Positions 7,639 through 15,689 of a DNA stretch of 15,961 nt are shown here, one piece after another. The stretch lies in assembly GCA_045863235.1 (NCBI GenBank), contig BTUM01000127.1, positions 1 through 15,961 on the forward strand, given 5' to 3'. Made by a program: the position numbers and the translations under genes. Below the pieces are notes generated by a model. That model was not told the origin of the DNA. It worked only from the letters and a program-made list of their open reading frames with translations, and searched no databases. Origin of the DNA: Candidatus Xenobia bacterium. GTDB lineage: Bacteria; Vulcanimicrobiota; Xenobia; Xenobiales; QWHO01. How positions within the stretch are numbered: position 1 is the stretch's first letter; each line of letters starts with the position of its first letter.

Positions 7639-8313
7639 TTAGGCGTCCAGGAAGCCCTTCTTCTTGATCACCGGGTCAGCCTTGCTCCACCAGGCTTGCC
7701 CCTCGGTCGGAAACCAGTAGTCCGGCTCGCCTCCCGGCACCACCTCGGCCCCGGCATGTCTGGCCAGACGCACGAAATGGTCTTGTTGGCCGTAGGGATA
7801 AAACGTCAGGTGCCGGCTCCCGTCGGCCCCGGAGGCGTCGACCAGCTTGCCCCGAATCCGCTCGCCATAGTGGGCGTAGTCCTCTCGGCGCAGGGGATAG
7901 TTGTTATGGCCCGCATAAAGACCCATCCCCGCGCTTCCGGCCAGGAGGAGCCCCCCGATGATCGGGAGCTCCGAGCCAGCCTGCATTCCCATCAGCCCCC
8001 CGATGGCCAGGCCGCCCAACAAGAGGGCCCCCATTCCCAGCACGTGCATCCCGGTTTCCCTGGCGACGAACATCAGGTAGGGCTTGAGCGCCTTCGGTCG
8101 GGTCATGCCGCAGTCTCTCTGAAAGTAGTACACCATCTCCCTCCCCTCCGGGGGGATGGTGCCCGGGTTGCGCAGGAGGTCCTCCGCGCTCCTCAGGGTG
8201 GAGGTGGTAAAGTCGAAAGCGGCCTCCTCCTCCGGAGCGACCCATGAATCCTTCGGGGGCCGGGTCCAGCCCAGATTGAAAGACGCTGCTGCTGCATTCG
8301 GTCTGGCGATCAT
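7639..8313 (-). CDS. Hypothetical membrane protein with a Gly-rich two-helix hydrophobic hairpin
   Basis: 224-aa ORF filling the gap between nth and the next gene. Hydrophobic segments VLGMGALLLGGLAIGGLMGM and LPIIGGLLLAGSAGMGLYAG. No recognisable family motif. Confidence 0.7.
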   Translation of the reverse strand: MIARPNAAAASFNLGWTRPPKDSWVAPEEEAAFDFTTSTLRSAEDLLRNPGTIPPEGREMVYYFQRDCGMTRPKALKPYLMFVARETGMHVLGMGALLLGGLAIGGLMGMQAGSELPIIGGLLLAGSAGMGLYAGHNNYPLRREDYAHYGERIRGKLVDASGADGSRHLTFYPYGQQDHFVRLARHAGAEVVPGGEPDYWFPTEGQAWWSKADPVIKKKGFLDA

Positions 8314-8388
8314 CTTCTGACGATGCTATCAGGCCCGTCTGAAATCTGCCTGACAGCTCCCGACCAGTTTTTTTTGAGGCGAACTGGT

Positions 8389-8394
8389 TAAGCT
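8389..8394 (+). promoter_or_regulatory. Putative -10 box (TAAGCT) 6 nt upstream of the ATG at 8401; probably a leaderless transcript
   Basis: Same hexamer and similar spacing as upstream of nth. No Shine-Dalgarno. Confidence 0.4.
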
Positions 8395-8400
8395 CTGATC

Positions 8401-8994
8401 ATGCACGTGAACCCGATTGGGGCGCATTCTTGGCGGCCCGACCCGCGCTCTCAGCTCTCTGATCGTCAGACCGAGGAGAATCTCTGGCTCGCGCTCGCAG
8501 AGCAAAAAGACGAGCACTGCATGGGCCTGGCCCAGTGCCTGGAGGTCTCGGCAAACACGGCACCGGGCTACAACCAGCACCTCGTGCGCATGACCCCCCG
8601 GCAGCGTCTGGGATGGAAGATCGCAGCCGTGGGCGCAGCCTGCTTCCCCGTGACGTTCGCCGGGCTGTATCTCACGCCGGACGCGACCCATTTTGCAGCG
8701 CTGGCAGTTGTCGGAATGGGCACGTTCGTGGGGGGGCTGGTGACGGCGAGCTCGGAGCCTCCACCCGAGAGTGAAAAAAGTTGGCGCCACAACACCCTCA
8801 GGACCATCGAGCAATGGCGAGAGGAAGCCGGGCAGTATCGACGCGAGGCAGCCCAGGTGCACCGGTCCACCCAGGAGTTGCGCCTGGTATGCTCCTCCAT
8901 CGGCAGTCCCTCGCTGGTGGGCGAGAAACAAGAGAGCGTCACTCTGGGAGCCGTGCGCCTGCGCAAGAAGCTGCCCCAGGAAAACCAGTCCTGA
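8401..8994 (+). CDS. Hypothetical membrane protein (hydrophobic hairpin + predicted coiled coil)
   Basis: 197-aa ORF. Hydrophobic segments IAAVGAACFPVTFAGLYL and FAALAVVGMGTFVGGLVTA, followed by the helical charged region TLRTIEQWREEAGQYRREAAQVHRSTQEL. Confidence 0.7.
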   Translation: MHVNPIGAHSWRPDPRSQLSDRQTEENLWLALAEQKDEHCMGLAQCLEVSANTAPGYNQHLVRMTPRQRLGWKIAAVGAACFPVTFAGLYLTPDATHFAALAVVGMGTFVGGLVTASSEPPPESEKSWRHNTLRTIEQWREEAGQYRREAAQVHRSTQELRLVCSSIGSPSLVGEKQESVTLGAVRLRKKLPQENQS

Positions 8995-9083
8995 CGTTCG
9001 GGCTTGCCAGCGGCACCCTCCCCCAGTAAGAGAACGCGCGAGAACCCAGGGGATACTGGCTTCCCCGCAGGGAAGAACCTGCG

Positions 9084-10922
9084 ATGGACGACCCCTTGCT
9101 GGACGCTCTCTTCAAGCGCCTCGAGCGGGGGGAGCGACCGGGCGCGGTGGTCCGCCACGCCGGCCCGGCCCTTCGCCACGAGATCGCCCTGCGCTGGTTT
9201 ACCCACCGCAACGAGCATCTCGGGAGCCTGGTCCGCGATCTGAGCTTCACCGCCCTGGCCCCCGACGCGGCCCGGGTGGCCAGCGAGCTCAAGTCGGGGC
9301 AGTGTCGGCTGGCGAGCGGGGATGCGGCCCTTGTGCTGCGCGCCTTGAGCGATCCTGACGCAGAGGTCCGCCGGGCTGCCGAGGGCTTCCTCTTCAGCGG
9401 CCTGGACGCAGACTGGGCTGACGCGCTGGGAACGGCGGCGCTTTCCGAATGGTCCGCCGAGGCGCGTCTGCAGGTCGCGCGGGCCGGTTTTGGGCCCGCC
9501 GACCCGGAGTTGCGCGAGGTGTTCGGCTGGGTGGCGGGGGGCGGCGAGCCCCCGGACGCGGAAGCGGTCGCCCGGGTCACCCCGCGGCTGACCGAGACCC
9601 AGCGCAGCGTGCTGGCCGCACGGCTGCGCCAGAGCGGGCGTGGCCACATGTGGTCCAGGCCGGATGTCCGAACCAGCCTGGAGCGCCTGCTGGAGGGGCG
9701 CGACGGGGATGCCCTCTGGGCCGAGCTGACCCTGGGCGGCTCGACGGACCCATTGCAGGACGAGGAACTGCGCCAGTTGCTGGTGCCTCACCCCACCCCT
9801 CTGGAGCTGCTGGGCAGCTTCCAAGCTGATCTGGTGGCCGGAGAAGACCTCCTGGTGGTTCCGGGCCAGGCCATCGTAGCCCTGGACGACCTGCGCTCGC
9901 TCCTCGAGTTCGAGAAAGGATCTCCTCTCTGGTCGGCCTCCCCGGGCTCAGGAGGCCACCCGTCCGGCCTGCCCTACGCTCCTCCCCGGGTGCTGGTCGC
10001 GGGCCCTCGTCGCTTGCTCCTGCAGCCGCGCTGGATCTCGCTTGCCGACACCCCGCACCTCACCCAGGAGCACCTCGAGCCCTGCCGGGTGGTCGACCTG
10101 GACGATGGGCCGAGTCCCACGATTCCCCTGGAGGAGCCTCTGGTGGGAGCAGTTTTCTCCAATCGGCTCTTCGTGCTGCAAGACCCTATGGTGCAGTGCT
10201 GGTCTCTGACCTCGGGAAGGACTCTGTGGTCCCATCGGGCCCGCTGGGCTCGCTCGCTGCTGGTGGGCGAGGGCCTGGTCGTGCTGCTGGGCAAAGAGCA
10301 TCTCGAGGTCTGGGAGGCCGACTCCGGCGAGCTCCTCTCCTCGCTCGACGTGGCCGGCCGGGCCGCCCTCCAGGGGGACGTCCTGGTGGTGGAAACGAGT
10401 CCTGGCCTGCGGCTTTTCGGCCTGCCCCAGCTGCACGAGCGCGCCTGCCTGACGCTCCCCGGCTGCATCGCGTGGAGCTGGAGGGCCGACGGCTCACTGC
10501 TCACGGCCACCTCCACGGCTATCCAGCACTGGAGTCCGCTGGGCCAGGTCGAGGCCAGCTGGCGTCAGCAGCGTCAAGGAAAGCTGCTGGCTTTCCATCC
10601 CACCAGCCGGGCGCTGGCAGCCTCGGATGGCCGCCGGCTGGAGTTCTTCCACCCGGGCTCGGAGTTTCCCGACCAGGTGCTGGAGGCTCCCGGGCGCCCC
10701 CAGTTCACCTCCGACGGCAGCCGGCTGCTGATCGGCTCGCAGGTGTTCGCGGTGCGGCTCGAGCTGGCCCTGTCGCGCGCCTGCCCGGCCGACCTGATGC
10801 GGGCCACCGCCAGCCCCAACCGCTCTTCGAAGCTGGTGGAGGCCCTGCTCCGCTTTCGGTTGCGCCACGAGGTGATGCTGGGAGACCCGGAGCTTTCGGA
10901 TGACGCCATCGAGCTGGAGTGA
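9084..10922 (+). CDS. Hypothetical protein: N-terminal HEAT-like helical region + C-terminal WD40/PQQ-like beta-propeller
   Basis: HEAT-like LRALSDPDAEVRRAA (approx. 9333-9380). Propeller-blade motifs VQCWSLTSGRTLW, LEVWEADSGELLSSL, WSWRADGSLL, LAFHPTSRALA and FTSDGSRLL. AGGGAAG lies upstream of the ATG. No signal peptide. Confidence 0.7.
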   Translation: MDDPLLDALFKRLERGERPGAVVRHAGPALRHEIALRWFTHRNEHLGSLVRDLSFTALAPDAARVASELKSGQCRLASGDAALVLRALSDPDAEVRRAAEGFLFSGLDADWADALGTAALSEWSAEARLQVARAGFGPADPELREVFGWVAGGGEPPDAEAVARVTPRLTETQRSVLAARLRQSGRGHMWSRPDVRTSLERLLEGRDGDALWAELTLGGSTDPLQDEELRQLLVPHPTPLELLGSFQADLVAGEDLLVVPGQAIVALDDLRSLLEFEKGSPLWSASPGSGGHPSGLPYAPPRVLVAGPRRLLLQPRWISLADTPHLTQEHLEPCRVVDLDDGPSPTIPLEEPLVGAVFSNRLFVLQDPMVQCWSLTSGRTLWSHRARWARSLLVGEGLVVLLGKEHLEVWEADSGELLSSLDVAGRAALQGDVLVVETSPGLRLFGLPQLHERACLTLPGCIAWSWRADGSLLTATSTAIQHWSPLGQVEASWRQQRQGKLLAFHPTSRALAASDGRRLEFFHPGSEFPDQVLEAPGRPQFTSDGSRLLIGSQVFAVRLELALSRACPADLMRATASPNRSSKLVEALLRFRLRHEVMLGDPELSDDAIELE

Positions 10923-10923
10923 C

Positions 10924-10990
10924 AGCTCGAGGCGGATCCTGTTGAACGGCGCCGCGCCAATCCTGAAGTTCAACGCAGCGCCTCAGAGCT
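10924..10990. terminator. Extended imperfect inverted repeat between convergent genes (possible bidirectional terminator or REP-like element)
   Basis: AGCTC(10924-28)/GAGCT(10986-90), GAGGCG(10929-34)/CGCCTC(10979-84) and GTTGAAC(10941-47)/GTTCAAC(10968-74), with an inner GGCG-ccg-CGCC. No U-tract. Confidence 0.4.
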
Positions 10991-13900
10991 CCACCACCTC
11001 GGCAGCCGCCCGACCGAAGACCTGGGGACGGTACATCTCCTCCACCCGCGTCCCCGGGGCCAGGAACGTGCCGGGAGTGGTGGCCCGGGCCAGCAGCGTG
11101 AGCCGGTGCTTGCCAGCCGGGAGTCGCGACCAGCACACCTCGGTGCAGTCGTCGCGATAGTCGCAGTGGACGGCACCCGGCACCCCTTTCTGCTCGGCCG
11201 GGGGCAACAGCTCGAGCCCGGCGGGCAGCGGGTCGATCAGTCCCACCATCTTGCGCGACCCGGGCAGCTCGAGCTCGAGGTGGATGGCGACCACCTCGCC
11301 CAGCTCGTAGCGCCGGGTCACGGTGAAGCCGTGGCTGAGAGCCGGGAGCAGAGGGTCGGAGGGAACCGTGGTCAGGGTGGCCCGGTAGAACCCCAGCCCC
11401 TCCAGCTCGACCCGGGGCTCGTGCAGCAGCTCGCGCAGCGCGACCTGCCGCTCGGAGCGCTTCCCCTCCCCCTGGCCGGCCAGGGCCAGCAGGGTGAAGG
11501 CGTAGTCCTGAGTGCTGCCGTAGGCGAGCGGCTCGAGCACCCGCTCCAGCAACCACTCCTCGCCCAGAGCCATCAAGGCCAGGGCCGTGGCCCGGCGTTG
11601 GGAAGGGAAGAACCCCTCCTGGGGCTCGCTCAGGCCGGCCAGCACCTTCTTGCGCAGGCGGGCGCGGGTGTGCCCCTCGGCCAGGGGCAGCAAGAAGGCC
11701 GCGCCCTCGGCCGTCAGGCGTCGCTGCCGGGCGGTCTCCTCCACCAGCCGGGCCGAAGAGCGACCCACCTGGGACAGCACGTTCAGGGCGTAAGCTCGCT
11801 CCAGAGGGGTGCGGGGAAAGTCGCCGGCCAGAAAGTCCAGGGCTCGTCCGAGCCGCTCGCCGTCCACCGCGATCCCCGCGGTGTAAGCGCGCAGCAGGGC
11901 CTGGGTCACGTGCGCCGAGACGAAGGGGAAGGGCTCTCGCCAGCCCGGGAACAGCCAGAACTGGCCATCGGCATGCTGGCGCTCCCACAAGCGCTGCACC
12001 AGCTCTTCCGCGTGAGCTTTCCATCCCGAGCAGAAATGCGGCCCCCCCAGCACCCAGCCCAGCAGGCGGGAGGAGAGCTGCTCCGAGCAGCTCATGGGGT
12101 ATCTCCTCAGCTCCTCGAAGGCGTCCCGAGCCAGCGGCGCGGCGCTGTCGGTCTCGAGCAGCTCCAGACCTCCCTCCTGCAGCTCCACGCCCGGCGGCAC
12201 CTCCACCGGCAGCGCGCGCTCCTCGCCGGTCCGCCCCTGCAGGGTAACGCGCTCTTTCAAGCGGGGGGGCTTGAGGGGAAGGCGCACACGACAGGCGTCC
12301 TCCAGGACTCCGCTGAGCACCCGCACCAGGCCCACCGCCTGGCCGGTTCCCTCGGCCCGGCAAGGAAAGCTCACCCGGACCCGGGCTCCCGGCGCCACCC
12401 GGCAGCGGCGCTCCACGCCGTCGAGGAAGGCCAGCCCGGAGACGGTGGCCTCCACGGCCACCTCGAGCTCGGAGCCGGTCATGTTCTGCACGCCCAGGCA
12501 GAAGTCGAAGCGGTCGCCCTGGTGCAGAAAGCGCGGCAACCAGGGGCGCACCAGCAGCGGCAGGCGGGTGCTGACCGAAGTGCGGGCCGATCCGAAGGCA
12601 TCTCCCCGGGCCACCACGGCGCTCACCCGGTAACGGGTGATGCTGTCGGGCAAGGCGGCCTCGAGCTCGATTCGGCCTCGCTCATCGGTCGTCAGGGCGG
12701 GGTGGAAGAAGGCCAGCGGGCGGAGGTCCTCGCGCAAAGTGATGGCCGGCGAGGACGCTCCGGTTCCCGAGCAGAGGCAGTAGCAGACGCTCTCGGGGCC
12801 GCCGAGCGTTCCCAGCCTTCTCAGCGCGGGAGGCTGGTCTTGTAAGAACCAGTGGGACGAATCCAGCTCCCAGCCGGCGGGCCGGGCGGGCGGATAGATG
12901 GCCGCCAGGGGGTCGGGGTCGCAGTAGGCGGCAGCCTGAAGCACCGCTTCGTCCACCCCCAGCAGGGTGACTTCGGCGCCTGGCACGGGCTGACCACGCC
13001 AGTCGCGCACCTCCACGGCGATCCGGGCGGTGCCCCCGGGAGCCACCACCTCGCGGTCGGTCTTCAGATCCACCGTCAGGCGACGGGAAGCCTGGGAAAG
13101 GGCCAGCTGGCGGTAGACCGTGAGCCAGCGGCCAGTCAAAGACAAACAGGCCGCGTGCAGCTCGAGCAGGGGCAGGCCCACGTCGGGAACCCGCACCCGC
13201 AGCTTGTTGTCCTGGCCCCGGAAAACGGTGACCTCGGGCTCCTGCGGCCCGGCGAAGACCCGCAGCACCCCCAGCGCGTAGGGCACGGGAGACTGCACCT
13301 CCAGCTCCACTTCCTGGCCCGGCTGGGCCTGGCCCGCGGGCAGCCTCAGGTCGAGCTGAGGGGTCCGGGCCGGGATGAGGAGGGCCACCTGGTGCTCACC
13401 CAGGCGTGCCTGGAGGGTACTTTCGGGGGCAAGCTCCAGGGCGATGGGAGCGACCTCCGAGAGCACCTGCCAGGAGCGGTCCTGGCAGGAGAGCTCGACG
13501 GCGTGTCCGGCCAGCGTGCGACCCTGCGGGTCGACCACCACCAGCTCGGCCCCTTCTGCGGTGGCACGCAGCCCGACCATGGGTTGATCCCCTACCACGC
13601 GCCAGGTGGCCCGCTGCAAGACGGCCTGGCGACTCTGGTCGGTGACCTTGACCGTGCTCAGGATCTCCACGACCTGGCCGCAGCGGGGGCGGGGGATGGG
13701 AATCGTACCGAGCCACTCCCCCTGATCGTCGAGCCGAACGGTATCACAGCGCCAGTCTCTGAAAGGCTCACTCAGCGGGCAGCGGAAGTTGAACTCGGGC
13801 CAGCCCGGGGGCTCCCACGGCTGCTCGGACAAGACATGCGACCATGACGTCTCGGCCCCGGCCAGGTTGCCTCCCGAGTGGTAGCGGGCGGCCAGGCGCC

Positions 13901-15689
13901 AGACCGGCGGGGCGTCGGCGGGGTAGTGCTCGCGGTCGGGCAGAGCCTCCAGCTCGAGCTCGAACTCGGGAGGCCGGAACTCGGTCACCTGGAACCGGTG
14001 GTGATGCACCGAGCCTTCCAGCTTCAGCTCCAGAACCGCACGAGCATCCAGGGCCAGCTCCAGGTCGAACCCGCCCTCGGGGCTGAGGGCCACCTGACCG
14101 GACCGGGTGCCGTTCTTGTCGCTGAGGGTGTAGTCCACCGGACCTGCGGTCAAGGGCCTGACCCAGCCCTTGACGCGGGCCGTGTCGCCGGGCCGGTAGA
14201 GCCCCCGGTCATCGAAGACGCACCAGCGCACCGGGCTGGCCAGGGAGAGAGCCGGGCCCAGGGGGAGGACCGTGCAGTCGTCTCCCCGGCGAGCCAGCAC
14301 GGAGAGGGCGTCCTGCGGCCTGCCCAGCCGGCAGTGGCCGTCTGATCCCGTGCGCCCCTGCTCCTCGCCCCAGGCCACCGAGACGCCCTCCACGGGCTGA
14401 CCGTCGACGCCCGCCGCCACCAGGCTCAGGCCTTCATCGTGGCTGCGCACCTGCAGGTTGAGCCCGGTGCGCTGCAGCCAGACCACCTCGCGGTTTCGCC
14501 CCACCCGCACCTCGAGCAGGCGGTGCCCGAGCTCGGGGCCGACGTCCAGCCACACCGTCTCCAGCTGGCCTCGGTTGGGCACCTTCTGGGTCCAGGAGCG
14601 CAGCAGCTTCGAGCGGACGAACTTCCCCTGGCGATGAGCCTCCCAGCTCTCGGGCTCGACCTCGAGCAGGCGGCAATCCACCTGCCGGTAGCCCGAGCAG
14701 TAGAAGGGCACCTTTTCGCCCGGGCGGAGCACGATCATCATTCCCGACGGCAGGGAGAGGTGGAAGGGGGTCCAGGAGCCCCGGAAGGTGCGCCGCACGG
14801 GCTGCTGGAGAACCTGACCGAAGACGTCGGTCACGGCCTCCACCACCACGCTGCAGGGCTGGCCCGGCGGCCTGGTGCCGTCGAGGTGGAGCTCTTGAGC
14901 GTGCACGCTCACCACCAGGTCGGGCCAGGGCGGCTCGACGCGCACCCGGGCGGTGTCCGGCTGGAGCGGGTTGGAGAATCGGATGCTCAAGGGCCCGAAG
15001 GGATCGGGCCGGGTAAGCCAGTCTACCAGCCCCCGCCCCAGGGCCTTGAGCGGGCCGTAGGTGCGGTAGACGCGCCGGTGGGACTCGAGCGACTTCTCGG
15101 GTCCCTCGGCCGAGGGCAGCCCGGCGGGCAGCTCGAGGACGATGCGCGCGTTCCCGGGCAGCGGCACGCGAGGGGCAAAGACCAGCTCTTGCTCGAGGTC
15201 GCGCGACAGGCACTCGAGCGCCAGGCGTCGCCTGCCGGCGCGCAGGATGACGCGGCCGAGCAGGCTGGCCGGGTCGACCGCCTGGTTGAAGCAGGCTCGA
15301 AAGGTTGGCTTCAGGCCCAGAGGCTGGTCGGTTTCCGGGCTGAGGCCCAGCAGGATGGGCCCCTCGAGCAGGAACTCCCAGCTCTGGTCGCCCTTCAGCA
15401 AGCTGCCATCCAGGGAGCGAGTGCCGGCCCGCAGCGTCACCCGGTAGCGGGTGGCGTGGGCCAGAGGGCTGCTGGGCTCGAAGATGAGCGTCTGCTGATC
15501 GTGCCAGCGCCAGTCGCCCTGGACGGCAGGCTCGATCTGCACCGCCGGGAGGTCGCTCTGGCCCAGTCTGATCATGGGCTTGGAGAAGCGCAGGCGAACG
15601 TGATTGGGGGCGTGGGTGCGGCCGGTGGGGGAGCAGGAGACTTCCAGGCATGGCTCCGCCAGGGCGCGCGCGGGCGCGGTTTTCTGCAC
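10983..15689 (-). CDS. Bacterial alpha-2-macroglobulin family protein with N-terminal Ig-like (Big_5-type) domains
   Basis: N-terminal Ig-like repeats (LRFSKPM, ACFNQAVD, IRFSNPL). MG motifs FDDRGLYRPGDTARVKGWVR and FQVTEFRPPEFEL. VTLLGVDEAVL, LREDLRPLAFF…LPDSITRYRV, PRFLHQGDRF. Thioester YPMSCSEQ (CSEQ at 12078-12089), STQDYAFTLLAL, DPLPAGLE, and C-terminal ATTPGTFLAPGTRVEEMYRPQVFGR. GGAGG RBS at 15699-15703 lies before GTG 15689. Confidence 0.93.
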   Translation of the reverse strand: MQKTAPARALAEPCLEVSCSPTGRTHAPNHVRLRFSKPMIRLGQSDLPAVQIEPAVQGDWRWHDQQTLIFEPSSPLAHATRYRVTLRAGTRSLDGSLLKGDQSWEFLLEGPILLGLSPETDQPLGLKPTFRACFNQAVDPASLLGRVILRAGRRRLALECLSRDLEQELVFAPRVPLPGNARIVLELPAGLPSAEGPEKSLESHRRVYRTYGPLKALGRGLVDWLTRPDPFGPLSIRFSNPLQPDTARVRVEPPWPDLVVSVHAQELHLDGTRPPGQPCSVVVEAVTDVFGQVLQQPVRRTFRGSWTPFHLSLPSGMMIVLRPGEKVPFYCSGYRQVDCRLLEVEPESWEAHRQGKFVRSKLLRSWTQKVPNRGQLETVWLDVGPELGHRLLEVRVGRNREVVWLQRTGLNLQVRSHDEGLSLVAAGVDGQPVEGVSVAWGEEQGRTGSDGHCRLGRPQDALSVLARRGDDCTVLPLGPALSLASPVRWCVFDDRGLYRPGDTARVKGWVRPLTAGPVDYTLSDKNGTRSGQVALSPEGGFDLELALDARAVLELKLEGSVHHHRFQVTEFRPPEFELELEALPDREHYPADAPPVWRLAARYHSGGNLAGAETSWSHVLSEQPWEPPGWPEFNFRCPLSEPFRDWRCDTVRLDDQGEWLGTIPIPRPRCGQVVEILSTVKVTDQSRQAVLQRATWRVVGDQPMVGLRATAEGAELVVVDPQGRTLAGHAVELSCQDRSWQVLSEVAPIALELAPESTLQARLGEHQVALLIPARTPQLDLRLPAGQAQPGQEVELEVQSPVPYALGVLRVFAGPQEPEVTVFRGQDNKLRVRVPDVGLPLLELHAACLSLTGRWLTVYRQLALSQASRRLTVDLKTDREVVAPGGTARIAVEVRDWRGQPVPGAEVTLLGVDEAVLQAAAYCDPDPLAAIYPPARPAGWELDSSHWFLQDQPPALRRLGTLGGPESVCYCLCSGTGASSPAITLREDLRPLAFFHPALTTDERGRIELEAALPDSITRYRVSAVVARGDAFGSARTSVSTRLPLLVRPWLPRFLHQGDRFDFCLGVQNMTGSELEVAVEATVSGLAFLDGVERRCRVAPGARVRVSFPCRAEGTGQAVGLVRVLSGVLEDACRVRLPLKPPRLKERVTLQGRTGEERALPVEVPPGVELQEGGLELLETDSAAPLARDAFEELRRYPMSCSEQLSSRLLGWVLGGPHFCSGWKAHAEELVQRLWERQHADGQFWLFPGWREPFPFVSAHVTQALLRAYTAGIAVDGERLGRALDFLAGDFPRTPLERAYALNVLSQVGRSSARLVEETARQRRLTAEGAAFLLPLAEGHTRARLRKKVLAGLSEPQEGFFPSQRRATALALMALGEEWLLERVLEPLAYGSTQDYAFTLLALAGQGEGKRSERQVALRELLHEPRVELEGLGFYRATLTTVPSDPLLPALSHGFTVTRRYELGEVVAIHLELELPGSRKMVGLIDPLPAGLELLPPAEQKGVPGAVHCDYRDDCTEVCWSRLPAGKHRLTLLARATTPGTFLAPGTRVEEMYRPQVFGRAAAEVVEL

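Noticed and set aside
9032..9045. LexA-box-like GAAC-N6-GAAC
   Set aside because: The spacing does not match the alphaproteobacterial GAAC-N7-GAAC, and it is not the Gram-positive palindrome.
8568..9824. 418-aa minus-strand ORF
   Set aside because: It is antisense to two better-supported plus-strand genes, crosses their intergenic gap, and has no motif.
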